From Octopus vulgaris (lineage: Eukaryota): a stretch of 64,000 nt of DNA. Made by a program: the position numbers and the translations under genes. The stretch covers positions 33,108,001-33,172,000 of the forward strand of contig OX597819.1 in NCBI GenBank assembly GCA_951406725.2. The letters are read 5' to 3'. Shown here piece by piece: positions 41,081 to 55,230 of the stretch; the first letter of the stretch is position 1; each line of letters opens with the position of its first letter. The notes beneath the pieces are model-generated. The model was not told the origin of the DNA. It saw only the letters and a program-made list of their open reading frames with translations, and searched no databases.

Positions 41081-41655
41081 CGAGGAGGCGGAAGAGGACC
41101 AAGAGAAAGAGAAATCGAAGAAGGGGAGTAGAGAGGAAAAGGAGGATGAAGGGAGCAAGTGGAAGAAGGCGAAGAGAGGAAAAGGATGAGGAATAAGAAG
41201 GGGAGGAAAGGGAGGATGAACAAGAGGAAGCGGAGGAAGAGAAGGAGGAAGAGGAAGCGGAGGAAACGGAAGAGGAGGAAGAGGAGGAAGAGGAAGGGGT
41301 GAAATGGAGAGGGAAGAAAAGGCTGAAGGGGACAAAGAAAGGGAACGGGTGGGATGAGGAGGCGAAAGAGGAAGCGAATGGAGAGGAGGTGGAGAAGGAG
41401 AAGGAAGAGGCGGCGAAAGAGGAGATGGAATAAGAGGGGGATAGGAGTGTGAGGAAGGGGAGGAACAGGTGGATGAAGTGTAGGAGGAAGTGGAAGAAAT
41501 AGAAGAGTAGGAAGAGGTGGAGAAACAGCTAAAGTGTAGTAGTAGTAGTAGTAGTAGTAGTTGTAGTTGTAGTAGTAGTAGTAGTAGTAGTAGCTGTAGT
41601 AGTATTAGCAGCAGTGATAGTAGAAGTGGCAACAGCAATAGTAGTAGTAGTAGTC

Positions 41656-41713
<58 letters not shown>

Positions 41714-42300
41714 CAGCAGCAGCAGTAACCGACACCACTGCTGCCGCCGTTGCCACAACTGCAGTATTAGTAGCGGCAGCAGCAGCAGCAGTAGTAGTAG
41801 TAGTAATAGTAGTGGTAATGGTGGTGGTGGTGGTTTTGGTGGTGGTGGTTTTGGTGGTGGTGTTGGTGGTGGTGATAACAGCAGCAGTTTCGTGTTTGTT
41901 GACAGATGCTGTCCAATAGTTTCACATGCGGCAACAATAGCAACGGTAACACCATCAATACCACTTGGACCTCACCATTAACAACCGCCACACCAGCAAT
42001 ACCACCAGAAACACCATCGCCACCACCACCACCAACAACAACACCGGCACCACCACAAACACCATCACCACAAACTACACCATCACCACTTCCTGTACGA
42101 CCACCACCGTCACCACAACGCCATCACCATCGGCGTTTTTGCGCAAGCCGATAAGGAGCCGTCTACCTGCTTGTGGATTTATCCAAACTACTAGAAATAG
42201 GAGACAATTCTTCCTCAAATTACACGGTACGGTGTTACATAAAGTATTAACATACATATACATCCACACATCCATTTATATATACATCCACACATCCATT

Positions 42301-42356
<56 letters not shown>

Positions 42357-42420
42357 CATATACATAGATACATTGGTACATACATACACACACACACACA
42401 CATATATATATATTCTTATA

Positions 42421-42620
42421 TTCTTTTATTTGTTTCAGTCATTTGACTGAAGCCATGCTGGAGCACCGCCTTTTAGTTGAACAAATCGACCCCAGGACTT
42501 ATTCTTCGTAAGCCTAGTACTTATTCTATCGCTCTCTTTTGCCGAACCGCTAAGTTACGGAGACGTAGACACACCACCATCGGTTGTCACGCAATGGTGG
42601 GGTGACAAATACAGACACGC
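42421..42620 (-). mobile_element. SINE family A 3' half
   Basis: Family match. Confidence 0.85.
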
Positions 42621-42683
42621 AAACACTCATAATTATATTTCTATATATGTGTGTGTATGTGTATGTGTGTGTGTGTGTGTATG

Positions 42684-42727
<44 letters not shown>

Positions 42728-43094
42728 TATATACACATACACACACATATGTATATATATATATGTGTGTGTGTGCGTGTACGGCACCTTGGGCAAATGT
42801 GTTTTACTTTATATATATATATATATATATAGGTCACGGCTGGAACGTCTATTGGTCCTAGGTCTGCTGGATCAAGACTGAACTACTGCCGATGTTATAT
42901 CATCGGTCCTATTGCTGCTGCTGCTGTTGCTGTTCGTGCTGTTGCTGCTGCTGCTGCTGTAGTTACCAGTGTTGCTATACCTGCTATCACGAACAATAGC
43001 AACTTGTTTGCTAACTGCTTCTTCTTCTTCTTCTTCTTTTTCTTCTTCTTTTCTACTTCTTCTTCTTCTTCTCCTTCTTCTCCTTCTTCTCCTT

Positions 43095-43125
<31 letters not shown>

Positions 43126-43273
43126 TTATTATTATTATTCGTCGTCTTCTTCTTCTTCTAGTTCTTCTTTTCTTCTTCTTCTTCTTCTAGTTCTTCTTCT
43201 TCTTCTTCTAGTTCTTCTTCTTATTATTATTCTACTTCTTCTTCTTCTTCTTCTGCTGCTGCTGCTGCTGCTG

Positions 43274-43325
<52 letters not shown>

Positions 43326-43449
43326 CAAAATGTTTCCAGCTGCGTTTGTAAATAGTTCTGGTTGTGGTGGTAGTTTAGTTACCTGACGTGGCTTTCATGC
43401 TTGTAGTGATGGCTGAGCAACCTGTGGTGTAAAGATGGTGTAAAGATAT

Positions 43450-43502
<53 letters not shown>

Positions 43503-43693
43503 CTAGAAGTAGTAGCAGTAGCAGCAGCAGTGGTGGTGTAGTGGGGATTTTGGAAACAGTGTTTGTGGAAGTAGTAGAAGTAGTAGTAAAGGAAGAAGAG
43601 GAAGAAGAAGAAGAAAACGTAGATGAAGTGGCTATAGTGGTGGCGGTGGCTGTAACAGTGGTAGTGATGGTAGTAGTAGTTGTAGTAGTAGTT

Positions 43694-43751
<58 letters not shown>

Positions 43752-44182
43752 ATCTAGGGGTGTTATGGTAGTGGTAGCCTCAGTTATTATGGAGGTGATA
43801 ATGATATCAGCCATGTTGGAGGTATTTGTGGTAGTAGTGGTTGTGATGGAGGTAGTAGTGGTTATAACGGTAGTAGAAGAAGTAAACAATGTGACAGTAT
43901 CGGCTGTAGTATCAGTGGTTGCATTATTAATGGTAAAACTCCATCGGTTGTTGTTTACAGTCGATAACAATGTACACCGTGGTTGCAGCTAATGTTGTAG
44001 TTTGTGGTCTAGTTATAACAGCAGCAGTTTGAAGTGGTTGCACCTGTTGTTGTTGATGTTGATGATGACGACGATGAGAATGATGATGATGATGGTAATG
44101 ATGATGATGATGATGATGATGACGACGATGAGAATGATGATGATGATGATGGTAATGATGATGATGATAATGATGATGATGG

Positions 44183-44218
<36 letters not shown>

Positions 44219-44527
44219 CGATGGAGATGATGATGATGATGATGATGAAGATGATGTTGATGATGATGATGTTGATGATGATGATGATGATGATGACGAC
44301 GGCGATGATGATGGTGATGATGATGATGATGATGATTATAAAAATGATGATGGCGACTATGTGAATGATGACGATGATGATGGTGATGATGATTATGAAA
44401 ATGATGATGACGACAATGGTGATGATGACGACGACGGCGTTGTTGATGGTAGTAGTGGTGGTGGTGGTGGTGGTGGTCTTGTAGTTACTGTTGTTAGACA
44501 TATTCAGCTTGAAACTATTGCTGTCCA

Positions 44528-44568
<41 letters not shown>

Positions 44569-44626
44569 ATGAGGAGGAGGAGGAGGAGGACAACGGTCGT
44601 GGTGGTGGTACTGGTGTTGGTGGTTG

Positions 44627-44678
<52 letters not shown>

Positions 44679-44788
44679 GGTGGTGGTGGTGGTCTTATAG
44701 TTACCATTGCTGTTATTGCAAACGCTGTTACTCTTATACATAGCTTGAAATTGCTGTTGTTGATAACGATGATGCTCTTGATCTTATT

Positions 44789-44837
<49 letters not shown>

Positions 44838-45468
44838 TTACTATTGTTGTTGCAACCGCTGTTTGCCTTGTTTATTAACCCTTGTTGCTAACGCTGCTGC
44901 TGCTATTTTTCGTTGTTGTTGTTGTTATCTCAGTTACCGTAATATCGTTACTGCGATTGTCACTGTTTTATCGTTACCGTTGCTAATGCTGCTGCTCTCG
45001 TAGCCATCACTATTACTGTTATTGCTAACGCATTCTACTATTATTGTTGCTATGCTGTTGTTATCACCTTCGCTGCTAACGTCGTTATTGCTATTCTTAT
45101 TACAACTGCTTCTGAAGTCGTCGTTTAACCCCCAAGACACACCTAATCACAGCACAGACATAGAAACAAAGAGATTCCGCCAGTTTTACATTTGTTTATG
45201 ACTACATTGTCTGATGTGTCCGACATTTCTTAAATATAACAAGACATAATTTCATGAAGATTCTCTTGTTATGGTTTTCTTCTCTGTCTAGCAAGAGACA
45301 GAGGTTCCTGCTGCCGTTGGTATCATCATCATCCTCATCATCATCATCATCATAATCATCATCAGCATCATCAGCATCGTCATCATCATCATCATCATCA
45401 TTTCAGGCCTTGTGCCTTGAATAGAAAGGACAATTATTATTATTATTATTATTATCATCATCCTTATT

Positions 45469-45549
<81 letters not shown>

Positions 45550-45620
45550 GTCATCATCATCATCATCTTCATCATCATCATCATAATCATCATCATCATC
45601 ATTATCATCATCATCATCAT

Positions 45621-45730
<110 letters not shown>

Positions 45731-45747
45731 ACATTATTATTAGTTAA

Positions 45748-45960
45748 GGGGGCGAGCTGGCACAGTCGTTAGCGCGCTGGACGAAATGATGTGTGCTATT
45801 TCGCCCGTCGCTACGTTCTGAGTTGATAATCCCTCGAGGTCGCCTTTGCCTTGCATACTTTTGGGGTCGATAAATTAAGTACCAGTGAAACACTGGAGTT
45901 GATATAATCGACTAGTCCCCACCCAACAAATCTGGGGCATTGGCCCTCCTGTAGAAAGGA
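45748..45960 (+). mobile_element. SINE family B, older
   Basis: ggcgagctggca head and family centre. Confidence 0.8.
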
Positions 45961-45982
45961 TTATTATTATTATTATTATTAC

Positions 45983-46037
<55 letters not shown>

Positions 46038-46197
46038 ATTGTTATTATTATTATTATTGCTGTTGTTGTTGTTGTTTTGCTGTTGTTGTTGTTTTGCTGT
46101 TGTTGTTGTTGTCATCAATGTTGTTGCCGCTGTTAGTGTTGTTATTGTCGTTGTTGTTGCTGCTGCTGGTGGTACCTTTGTTACTGTTCCTGTAGTT

Positions 46198-48296
46198 CAG
46201 GGTGTCACCAAACTTTTTCACGGCTGGTCAAATAACAGAGAGAATGACAAGTGCGTGCGCCGCATGTCCATTTTGTTCAATACAGTACTGTGACTACACA
46301 AAAAATAAAGACAACCAACATATTTATTTTTTTCCAAAAGGTTATCGAAGGTGACGTTAGCAATAAGAAAGTTATATCACACCCAATGTGGACATATCCG
46401 AATCTGACCAAAACTGAGCAGCAAAAAAGGTTAGTAAGATTTGTGAAACTGGTGTTTAGTTTTGAAGATATCGTTGATATTTGCTTTGGAATTGCTGCAT
46501 CCAACCAAGGGAATTGCTTCCAAATGTTCATCAGTCAACGTCTTGAAAATGTTTGCTCACAGGCATGTTCCAAACACTGATGCCATACCAGAGGGGAATT
46601 TCTTCAAATTTGAAAACTCATCATCAAGTAAGCAGCGATAAAATTCTACAAGTTCTCCTTCTCTGTGCTTCTCTTTCAACAAGTCATTTGCTTGCCAATC
46701 AGTGAGCACCAACTGCAGTTCGACTTGCACGTCGTCAAGGTTACAATCAAAAGGATTGTAGAACAGAAGAATGTCACTCTCAATTCTGTCGAAATCTAAA
46801 AACCCTCTCCAAAAAATGCCTATTTAAGTCACGAATAATCTTCTTCGGAAACTTGAGGTTGACATCTTCTACGATTCCAGTGCAAAACTCTTTGAAACAC
46901 TGAAAATGAGAGAAGTTTCTCCCTTCAAGTTTATTTCGAACAATGATAGCTTTCTGCGAAATCCTTTGATGATTCTGTAGAGATCACAGAAAAGGTTATC
47001 CTTTCTTTGAAGTTTTAAGTTCAATTCATTCACGTGGGATGTGATGTCAACCGAAAATGATAACTTTGACAGCCAAGTGGAATCTTACAGAAGTGGATCA
47101 ACTTTATCCTTTTTCGGTAAGAAAAATATTTACTTCTCTTCGGAGCTTATAAAAATGAAACAGGGGTTTACCGGAGCTCAGCCACCTCACTGCTGTGTGA
47201 TAAGGCAAGTTACAAAATTCAGAATCCATTTCTTCAGGAGAAACCTGGAACTGGCGGTGATTAAGTGCATAACTCCGAATGAAGTTCACCGTAGAAACGT
47301 CTGGTTTCAGAACGCAAGAGTACTTATTGATGTATGACGCAGTGTATAAACAGAGCGCCCGGGAGTTGAAGATCTTCCAACTTAGTCCTGATCTGCTTCA
47401 TCAGACCCTTCCTCATTCCAGCTGTTTTTTTCTCCATCAACTGTAACACATCAAAGCTGATTTCAGTGAAGGTTATAGTCTTGTAAAGTTTTCTGCACTT
47501 CCATGAAAATGTCTTCTCCAGTTGCTGTTCCGTGCATGCTGCAAATGGATGCCAACTCTTCTGTGATCTGGAAGTCCAAATTAACATCACAAATAAACAC
47601 GAAAATTTGTGACGTACTCGAGAGATCAGTAAACTCATCCAACAACAGAGAATATCAAAAGAAGTTCCTAGCTTTCTCGCGTATCTGTAGCACAATATTC
47701 TCTCCAAGTTCTATTCTCCGCACAAGTGAAATTGCTGAAAGACTGATAGTTACAAAAAATCGGCTTTCTTTGGACACGAGTCATTTGCTGTTTCCATCAT
47801 ATACTTTTTGATAAAGTTACTGTCAGTAAACGGTCTTCCTCAGTCTGCTGTCTTATGAACTATTTTGTAACTTGTATGAGTGATATTAATTTTCGCTGGC
47901 AGAATCGTTAGCACGCCGGGCGAAACGCTTAGCAGTATTTCGTCTGCCGCTACGTTCTGAGTTCAAATTCCGCCGAGGTCGACTTTGCCTTTCATCCTTT
48001 CGGGGTCGATTAAATAAGTACCAGTTACGCACTGGGGGGTCGATATAATCGACTTAATCCGTTTGTCTGTCCTTGTTTGTCCCCTCTATGTTTAGCCCCT
48101 TGTGGGCAATAAAGAAATAAATATTCTCGTGAAGAGAATGTTTAAACACAGCGATGCAAGTTAAAACAGGATTGCTGCAGGATTGAACTCCCAAAGCCGG
48201 TACTTACACAAACGGTAAAGTGCGGCTGCGACGGGCCGGGTGAACTGACCTTGCTGGCCGGATCTGGCCCATGGGCCGTAGATTGGTGACCTCCTA
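46198..48296 (-). mobile_element. Decayed hAT transposon, Buster/SPIN (GTF2IRD2-like) transposase pseudogene
   Basis: LDEFTDLS, EELASICSMHGTATGEDIF, IHCVIHQ, HTAVRWLS, DITSHVNELNLKLQ; degenerate TIRs cagggtgtcaccaa / ttggtgacctccta; 8-bp TSD ctgTAgtt at 46190 and 48297. Confidence 0.92.
47894..48120 (+). mobile_element. SINE family B nested in the hAT element
   Basis: Young copy interrupting the transposase. Confidence 0.9.
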
Positions 48297-48509
48297 CTGT
48301 AGTTATTACTACTGTTATAATTGCTGTTGCTATTAATATTTTTCTTGCTGTTGTTGTTGTTGTTGTTGTTGCTGTTATTGCCGCTGTTGTTGCTGCTGCT
48401 CGTGTTGCCTGCACTGCTAAAATTGCTGCTGTTGCTGTTGCTGTTAATGTTAAGATGAACTGTCGACGAACTGTCGATATCATCTTCGTTGTTGTTACTA
48501 ATGATGGTC

Positions 48510-49320
48510 AAAAGGAGGAGGAAGGGAGGAGGGGGAAGATAGGGGGGAGGAGAAGAGGATTGAAAGAGGTGAAGGGGAGGAAGAGGTGGAGGGGCGGAAG
48601 TGGAGGGGAGGAAGAAGTGGAGGAGTGGAAGAAGTGGAGAGGAGGAAGAAGTAGAGGGGAGGAAGAAGTAGAGGGGAGGAAGAAGTGGAGGGGAAGAAGT
48701 AGAGGGGAGGAAGAAGTGGAGGGGGAAGAAGTGAGGGGAGGAAGAAGTGGAGGGGAGGAAGAAATGGAGGGAGAAGAAGTAGAGGGGAGGAAGAAGTGGA
48801 GGGAGAAGAAGTAGAGGGGAGGAAGAAGTGGAGTGAGAAGAAGTGGAGGGGAGGAAGAAATGGAGGGAGAAGAAGTAGAGGGGAGGAAGAAGTGGAGGGG
48901 AGGAAGAAGTAGAGGGAAGGAAGAAGTAGAGGGTAGGAAGAAGTGGAGGGGAGAAAGAAGTGGAGGGGAGAAAGAAGTGGAGGGGAGGAAGAAGTGGAGG
49001 GGAGGAAGAAGTGGAGGGGAGGAAGAAGTGGAGGGGAAGAAGTGGAGGGGAGGGAGGAAGAAGTGGAGGAGAGGAAGAGGAGGAGAGGAGGAGAAGTGGA
49101 GGAGAGGAAGAGGAGGAGAGAAGGAAGAGGCGGAGGGGAGGAAGAGGCGGAGAGGGTGAAGAGGAAGGAGAGAGTTAAGAGGATGGACAGGGTTAAGAGG
49201 AGGAGGAGGAAAAGGGGGTTAAGATGAGGGGAGGAAGAGGGTTGAGGAGAATGAAAAGGAAGAGGGGATAAGAAAAGGAGGAGGAGGTATAGAGGTGAGG
49301 AGAGGAGAGGAGGATGAGGA
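48510..49320. repeat. Polypurine ~19-bp minisatellite (ggaagaagtggaggggga)
   Basis: Seen directly. Confidence 0.88.
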
Positions 49321-49730
49321 GATGACGACGAATATATTGTTCCGACCGCTGACGTTGTTCTTATTAATGCTGGTCTTTTATGTCGTTGTTAACGTTGTTG
49401 TTGTTGTTTATTGTTGTCACCGCTGTCGTTACTATCGAACCAAATGTTACTTTGGTTAATGTCGAAATTGTTGTTGATGTTGTAGCTATAGCGGTCGTCG
49501 TTGATAATGCCGTTTTTGTTATTGTTGTTGTTGTTGTTATTCGTATTGTTGATAACACGATGGTAGTGTCACGACACAGCAGTTTTTGTCCTGGCCCTTG
49601 GCTACAATTATTCTCTGAATTGCGCTATACATATATTTGTAAGTCTTTTAATTACTTTTCGCCAATCTTGCAGACAACAATACCAGATTCTCAGACTCCT
49701 TATTTCTTAGACGATCTAAACAATGCAAAA

Positions 49731-50098
49731 GGTGTGGCTCTGTGGTAAGTAGTTTGCTTCCCGACCACATGGTTCCGAGTTCAGTCCCAATGCGTGGCAT
49801 CTTGGACAAATGCATTTTACTATAGTTCCGAGCCAACCAAGCATTTTGAGTGGATTTGGTAGGTGGAAACTAAAAGAAGCCTGCCGGGTGTGTGCGCGCG
49901 CGTGTATGTGTCTATTTGTGTATGTTTGGTCCCCATCCACCACTTGACGACCGGTGTTGTTTTCTTTACGCAAACGTAACTTAGCGGTTCGGCAAAAAAG
50001 AACCAATAGAATAATTACCAGGCTTATATTATAAAAAAAGTATGTGAATTGATTCGTTCAACTAAAGCTCTGGAAAGCGATGCTCCAGCATGACCGCA
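49731..50098 (+). mobile_element. SINE family A, diverged
   Basis: Family match. Confidence 0.82.
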
Positions 50099-50168
50099 AT
50101 ACACTTATAAAAGAAACTATATTGGCTCAACAACATGGTCGCCCAAATTATTAGGAATAATTATTGGA

Positions 50169-50551
50169 TGGAAGCACTCCGTCGGTTACGACGACGAGGG
50201 TTCCGGTTGATCCGAATCAACGGAACACCTGCTCGTGAAATTAACGTGTAAGTGGCTGAGCACTCCACAGACACGTGTACCCTTAACGTAGTTCTCGGGG
50301 ATATTCAGCGTGACACAGAGAGTGACAAGGCCGGGCCTTTGAAATACAGGTACAACAGAAACAGGAAGTAAGAGTGAGAGAAAGTTGTGGTGAAAGAGTA
50401 CAGCAGGGATCACCACCATCCCCTGCCGGAGCCTCGTGGAGCTTTTAGGTGTTTTCGCTCAATAAACACTCACAACGCCCGGTCTGGGAATCGAAACCGC
50501 GATCCTATGACCGCGAGTCCGCTGCCCTAACCACTGGGCCATTGCGCCTCC
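50169..50551 (-). mobile_element. SINE family C, young, with TSD
   Basis: attaggaataa(t/c)tatt at 50150 and 50552. Confidence 0.93.
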
Positions 50552-50959
50552 ATTAGGAATAACTATTAAACTTCCCTTGAAATGTATTCACAGCTATGCA
50601 AATGTGATTATGAGTGTGTTCCGTCAAGACTGACCTGGAGTTAAACAATAACATCAAATAATAATGAATTTGCTGATTATTGATTAATTATTTATTCATT
50701 TATTCAATTATTGATTGGTTTATTTGTTATAGAGACGGCTATTATATTTATCATTTGTAGTCTTTAATTAAAATGTATTTAAATGTAAATAATATGGACA
50801 GCTTATATATTGTTGCCTTTATTTCCTCTTGTGTTCTCGGAGACTTTTGATTAAATCACATTTAAATCGTCTTTTAGCAGCAGATTGTCTAGAGTCACCC
50901 ATCGACATACAACATGTAGGTCAAATGACGGTCACTTACGTTGTTCATAACGTTCTTGT

Positions 50960-51343
50960 GGAGGCGCAATGGCCCAGTGGTTAGGGCAGCGGTCTCGCGG
51001 TCATAGGATCGTGGTTTCGATTCCCAGACCGGGCGTTGTGAGTGTTTATTGAGCGAAAACACCTAAAAGCTCCACGAGGCTCCGGCAGGGGATGGTGGTG
51101 ATCCCTGCTGTACTCTTTCACCACAACTTTCTCTCACTCTTACTTCCTATTTCTGTTGTACCTGTATTTCAAGGGGCCGGCCTTGTCACTCTCTGTGTCA
51201 CGCTGAATATCCCCGAGAACTACGTTAAGGTTGCACGTGTCTGTGGAGTGCTCAGCCACTTACACGTTAATTTCACGAGCAGGCTGTTCCGTTGATTCGG
51301 ATCAACCGGAACCCTCATCGTCGTAACCGACGGAGTGCTTCCA
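50960..51343 (+). mobile_element. SINE family C, young, with TSD
   Basis: tcataacgttct at 50945 and 51345. Confidence 0.93.
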
Positions 51344-51583
51344 ATCATAACGTTCTCGAGTGTCGCGTTGTGAGTGAAATATATGTATTGTGCAAGTGTT
51401 TACGGATGTCCAGTCTATCTGTTTAGTTCTAATTTATACATTTAGTTTTAGCTGAAATTTATTCTTCAGTGTATTACAGTATCAAAACTCAACGCTATGA
51501 ACGCCTTCATAATTTATGAAGCAAAATAGCTGCCAGGGAACCGTTATTTACACAACTTAATGTATTTTGTTTATTAAGGCCCC

Positions 51584-52007
51584 GGATCTTTTCGGTTTGT
51601 ACGGCAGTTTTTTCTAGCGGTGTCATATGAAACTGTCACCCATAATTATGACCCTAGTATCGATCTATTGCATTTCAATCTGTTTTAGGGTTAGGGTTAG
51701 TTAGGGTTAGGGGTGGGGGGAAGGGTATTTTTTTTCTTCACAAATGTAAATAAACCCAATCTGTTTCTTAAACGAGGAACATATTCATACGGCACAGAAT
51801 GTTTTTACCTCAATGGACGTCAGTGATTTGTTGAAATTGAAGAAATTGAAAAAACAACAACAAATAGCTTACAAACTATAGACTTTTCTCAATAAAGCCA
51901 AGAGAAAAAGATGTTTTATAAACACATTCTACCAGTATACGAAGTTTAAAAGTGTTTTAGTTACATAGAAATTATGTTAAAAACTGCCGTTCAAACCGAA
52001 AAGATCC
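51584..52007. mobile_element. MITE with ~29-bp TIRs, 8-bp TSD and internal TTAGGG repeats
   Basis: ggatcttttcggtttgtacggcagttttt / aaaaactgccgttcaaaccgaaaagatcc; TSD aaggcccc; same left end at 227-261. Confidence 0.9.
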
Positions 52008-52039
52008 AAGGCCCCGAATAATAATGGCTTCCTGTAGAG

Positions 52040-52340
52040 CAAGGGTTCTCAACCATTTTTATCTATGGAACCCTAGGGTTAGTATTTCATTCTGGTGTCT
52101 TTCAAAATTCCTACTTTCTTTTTCACTCATTAACTTGTGTCGGTTGAACTATGTAAAATGCTGGGAGGATGAAACCTATATGTTCATTGCAATACATACC
52201 AATTCATACATCTAAAATAAATTTTTTTCAGGGGTCCTTAAAATACTATTGTGGATCCTCAGTTTACTATTTTGTTGCGTGGATCCCCCCAAATCTTTAT
52301 AGACCCTAAGGAACCATATGGACCTCGGTTGAGAACCATT
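52040..52340. mobile_element. hAT-like MITE
   Basis: ggttctcaacc / ggttgagaacc ends. Confidence 0.7.
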
Positions 52341-52949
52341 CATGTAGAGTGAACATAGATTAAAAATTGAAGCCGGTCAAATTAACCCTTTTCTTTTTTG
52401 TCTTAGAATGCTCAGAGAATAATCAAATTCGCGGATATTAAAACGGTTCGTGATTTTTGATTGTCCACATTGTTTTTGTTGGAATCGAAAGCAATAGGTT
52501 CAGACGTTAACAGAGTCGAAAATGACTTTTTCCGTAGTCCTCAGAGTGAGAATTAGCTGCTATTCCTAGAAGGTCGAGTAAACACAACCGCATAGAGGCT
52601 CGCTCGTTGTCCAGCATCCTGTTGCTTTTCTATAGGTTAGTTGAGTTTCTCTTCCAGAATATAAGGTTAAAGAATTTGGCTATGAAATGATCTAATATTG
52701 GAATACAATGCTTGAAGATAATAGATAATACTATCAGCATCGGTGATCCCATTGGCTTTTAGCGATGGAGACCCTTTTCACATCTGAAGGCGAAGTAATG
52801 GTAGTGAAACAAAAGAGTGAAACCGGAAATATTCTGTGTTTGCTGTTGATTTACCAAAAAAAAAAAAAAGGAAGCAAACGTAATACCTTTTCTGCAATGG
52901 GGCTCATGCAGAGGTAAATAGTCCATAGAATTAACTCTGCCAAAATATG

Positions 52950-53236
52950 TTTGTTTTCTCTCAAGCCGTGCCTGGCTCATAGGGCCGGTTTCCCGGTTTC
53001 CATGGCATATAGGTTCCGCACCTGGACGGGACGCCGGTCTGTCGCAGATGCAGGAGGAAAGAGTGAGAGAAAGTTCTGGCAAAAGAGTCAGCAGAAGTTC
53101 GTCATCACCTTCTGTCGGAGCTGCGTGGAGCTTAGGTGTTTCGCTCATAAACACACACATCGCCCGCTCTGAGATTCGAACCCACGATCCCTCAACCACG
53201 AGTCCGCTGCTCTAACCACTAGGCCATGTGCCTTCA
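52950..53236 (-). mobile_element. SINE family D
   Basis: Reverse match to 32417-32726. Confidence 0.88.
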
Positions 53237-53360
53237 CTTGCCATAATATATGATATTTATTTTGCTGATGCAGATTGGCCGTTATTTCCCCGCTCAAGCA
53301 ATGAATTAGCAACATATCAAATATTGCGTAATTACTCGATGTAGGTCAGACACGAAATAA

Positions 53361-53603
53361 GGCGGCGAGCTGACAGAAACGTTAGCACGCCCGGCGAAAT
53401 GCGTAGCCGTATTTCGTCTGCCGTTACGTTCTGAGTTCAAATTCCGCCGAGGTCGACTTTGCCTTTCATCCTTTCGGGGTCGATAAATTAAGTACCAGTT
53501 CACTGGGGTCGATAAACTAAATACCAGTTTACTGGGGTCGATTTAATCGACTTAATCCGTTTGTCTGTTCTGTGTTTAGCCCCTTGTGGGTAGTAAAGAA
53601 ATA
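53361..53603 (+). mobile_element. SINE family B with TSD
   Basis: TSD gaaataaggc; short internal duplication at ~53500-53540. Confidence 0.92.
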
Positions 53604-54447
53604 GAAATAAGGCCACGGCAACTCAGTCCTGCCATATAGAACATATTTCTAGTTGCTTTATTCACTTTCAAGCACTTACATCGGACACGGACTTACAACT
53701 TCGAAGTTTATTCTTCTACTGACTGCAATTCTAAATACACACTTATACCAATGTAAATTTCTGTGTGCGTGTGTGTGTGTGTATGTGAGTGCGTGCACGC
53801 GTGTGCATATCTGCATCTGTATGTGTGTGTTGCTGGGGATGTCTGCATAGATATTATGAGGTGATAGAGGATATAATCTTCATTGGTATGGATGTTTGAA
53901 TATTCAGATTTAATTCTATCACTTCCAAAACAGAACACGATTCTCAAACAAATATTTTCAATGTTGCATGACGAGAAATGCGATATTTATGAAGCTTGGT
54001 TATGTCATTACTTACAGATATTAAATCTAACTTTTGAAATAAAACAAATATCGCTGTTGTAGATAAGATAAATCAATTCGCAATAATGTTGAAAAGTGAT
54101 AATGTAAAGTCGTGTCTCACTTCAAGATGGCGTGATATGGGAACCGTCTGACAGTTAATATACTCTACAAAGACAGATTTCTTTACTCAAATTTATAACA
54201 TTTAACGTTTGGTCGCCGATTATTGTCCACCTTGCTTGAAAAAATAAAGTATAAACTAATGATGTAATTTCAGTGAAATCACTCGATCTGTGAGAAATAG
54301 CAATTAAATCTCCATCTATTTACATCTACCGTCATAAAGGACTCATTAGAGGATGCAGTCTTGCATACAGCATGATTGTATAAAAGGGTGGAAGGATCAT
54401 ATTTTGAACGAAAGGGCTGATGTGGAAATAAACAATAGCATACTTCT

Positions 54448-54678
54448 TATTTCTTTATTGCCCAGAAGGGGCTAAACATAGAAGGGACAAACAAGGACAA
54501 ACAAAGTGATTAAGTCGATTACATCGACCCCAGTGCGTAACTGGTACTTAATTTATTGACCCCGAAAGGATGAAAGGCAAAGTCGACCTTGGCGGAATTT
54601 GAACTCAGAACGTAATGGCAGACGAAATACCGCTAAGCATTTTGCCCGGCGTGCTAACGTTTCTGCCAGCTCGCCGCC
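54448..54678 (-). mobile_element. SINE family B with TSD
   Basis: caata(g/a)c(a/g)tacttct flanks. Confidence 0.92.
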
Positions 54679-55230
54679 TTCAATAACGTACTTCTGGACA
54701 ACGAGCGAGCCTCTACGCGGTTGTGTTTACTCTACCTGCTAGAAATAGCAGCTAATTCTAGCTCTGAGGTTTAAAATACGGAAAAAGTAATTTTCATTAT
54801 GTAGTCGGACATCACTTAAACAAATAGGATAGCAATGGAACACCTTTGGTTCTATGTCTGTCTCATCGGCGTTAACCTGGGAGTTGAACAGCAACTTCAG
54901 CTCTTAGAAAGAAATTCCAATAGAGTAAAACAATATGTTCCGTGTATTGGCTACATATATATATTGTTTTTTCTCCCCCAATATTTCCAGGGATGAGTTT
55001 GTGAACTCTCTAGTCAGTGATGCAGAGCATGAGTTGGTGATCATACTGCATTTTTCTAAGTAGCTGGATCACTTCACCTTCTATGAATGCAAATTGCAGA
55101 AATGGAGACGATATAACAGCAAAACAGACATGTCAGTACTCAAAAAATCTTTTGTCCTTGAAACTGCTCATAAATAATTTCTGTCTAAGGCCTTTCACTA
55201 CGTTTTGAAAATTAGTTTGAAGGAAAATAT

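Noticed and set aside
44034-44891. 285-aa poly-Asp ORF (biomineral-like acidic protein)
   Set aside because: (GAT)n microsatellite open in several frames, GTG start, no signal peptide
51685-51713. True telomere or fusion site
   Set aside because: Only about four units, inside a TIR/TSD-bounded MITE
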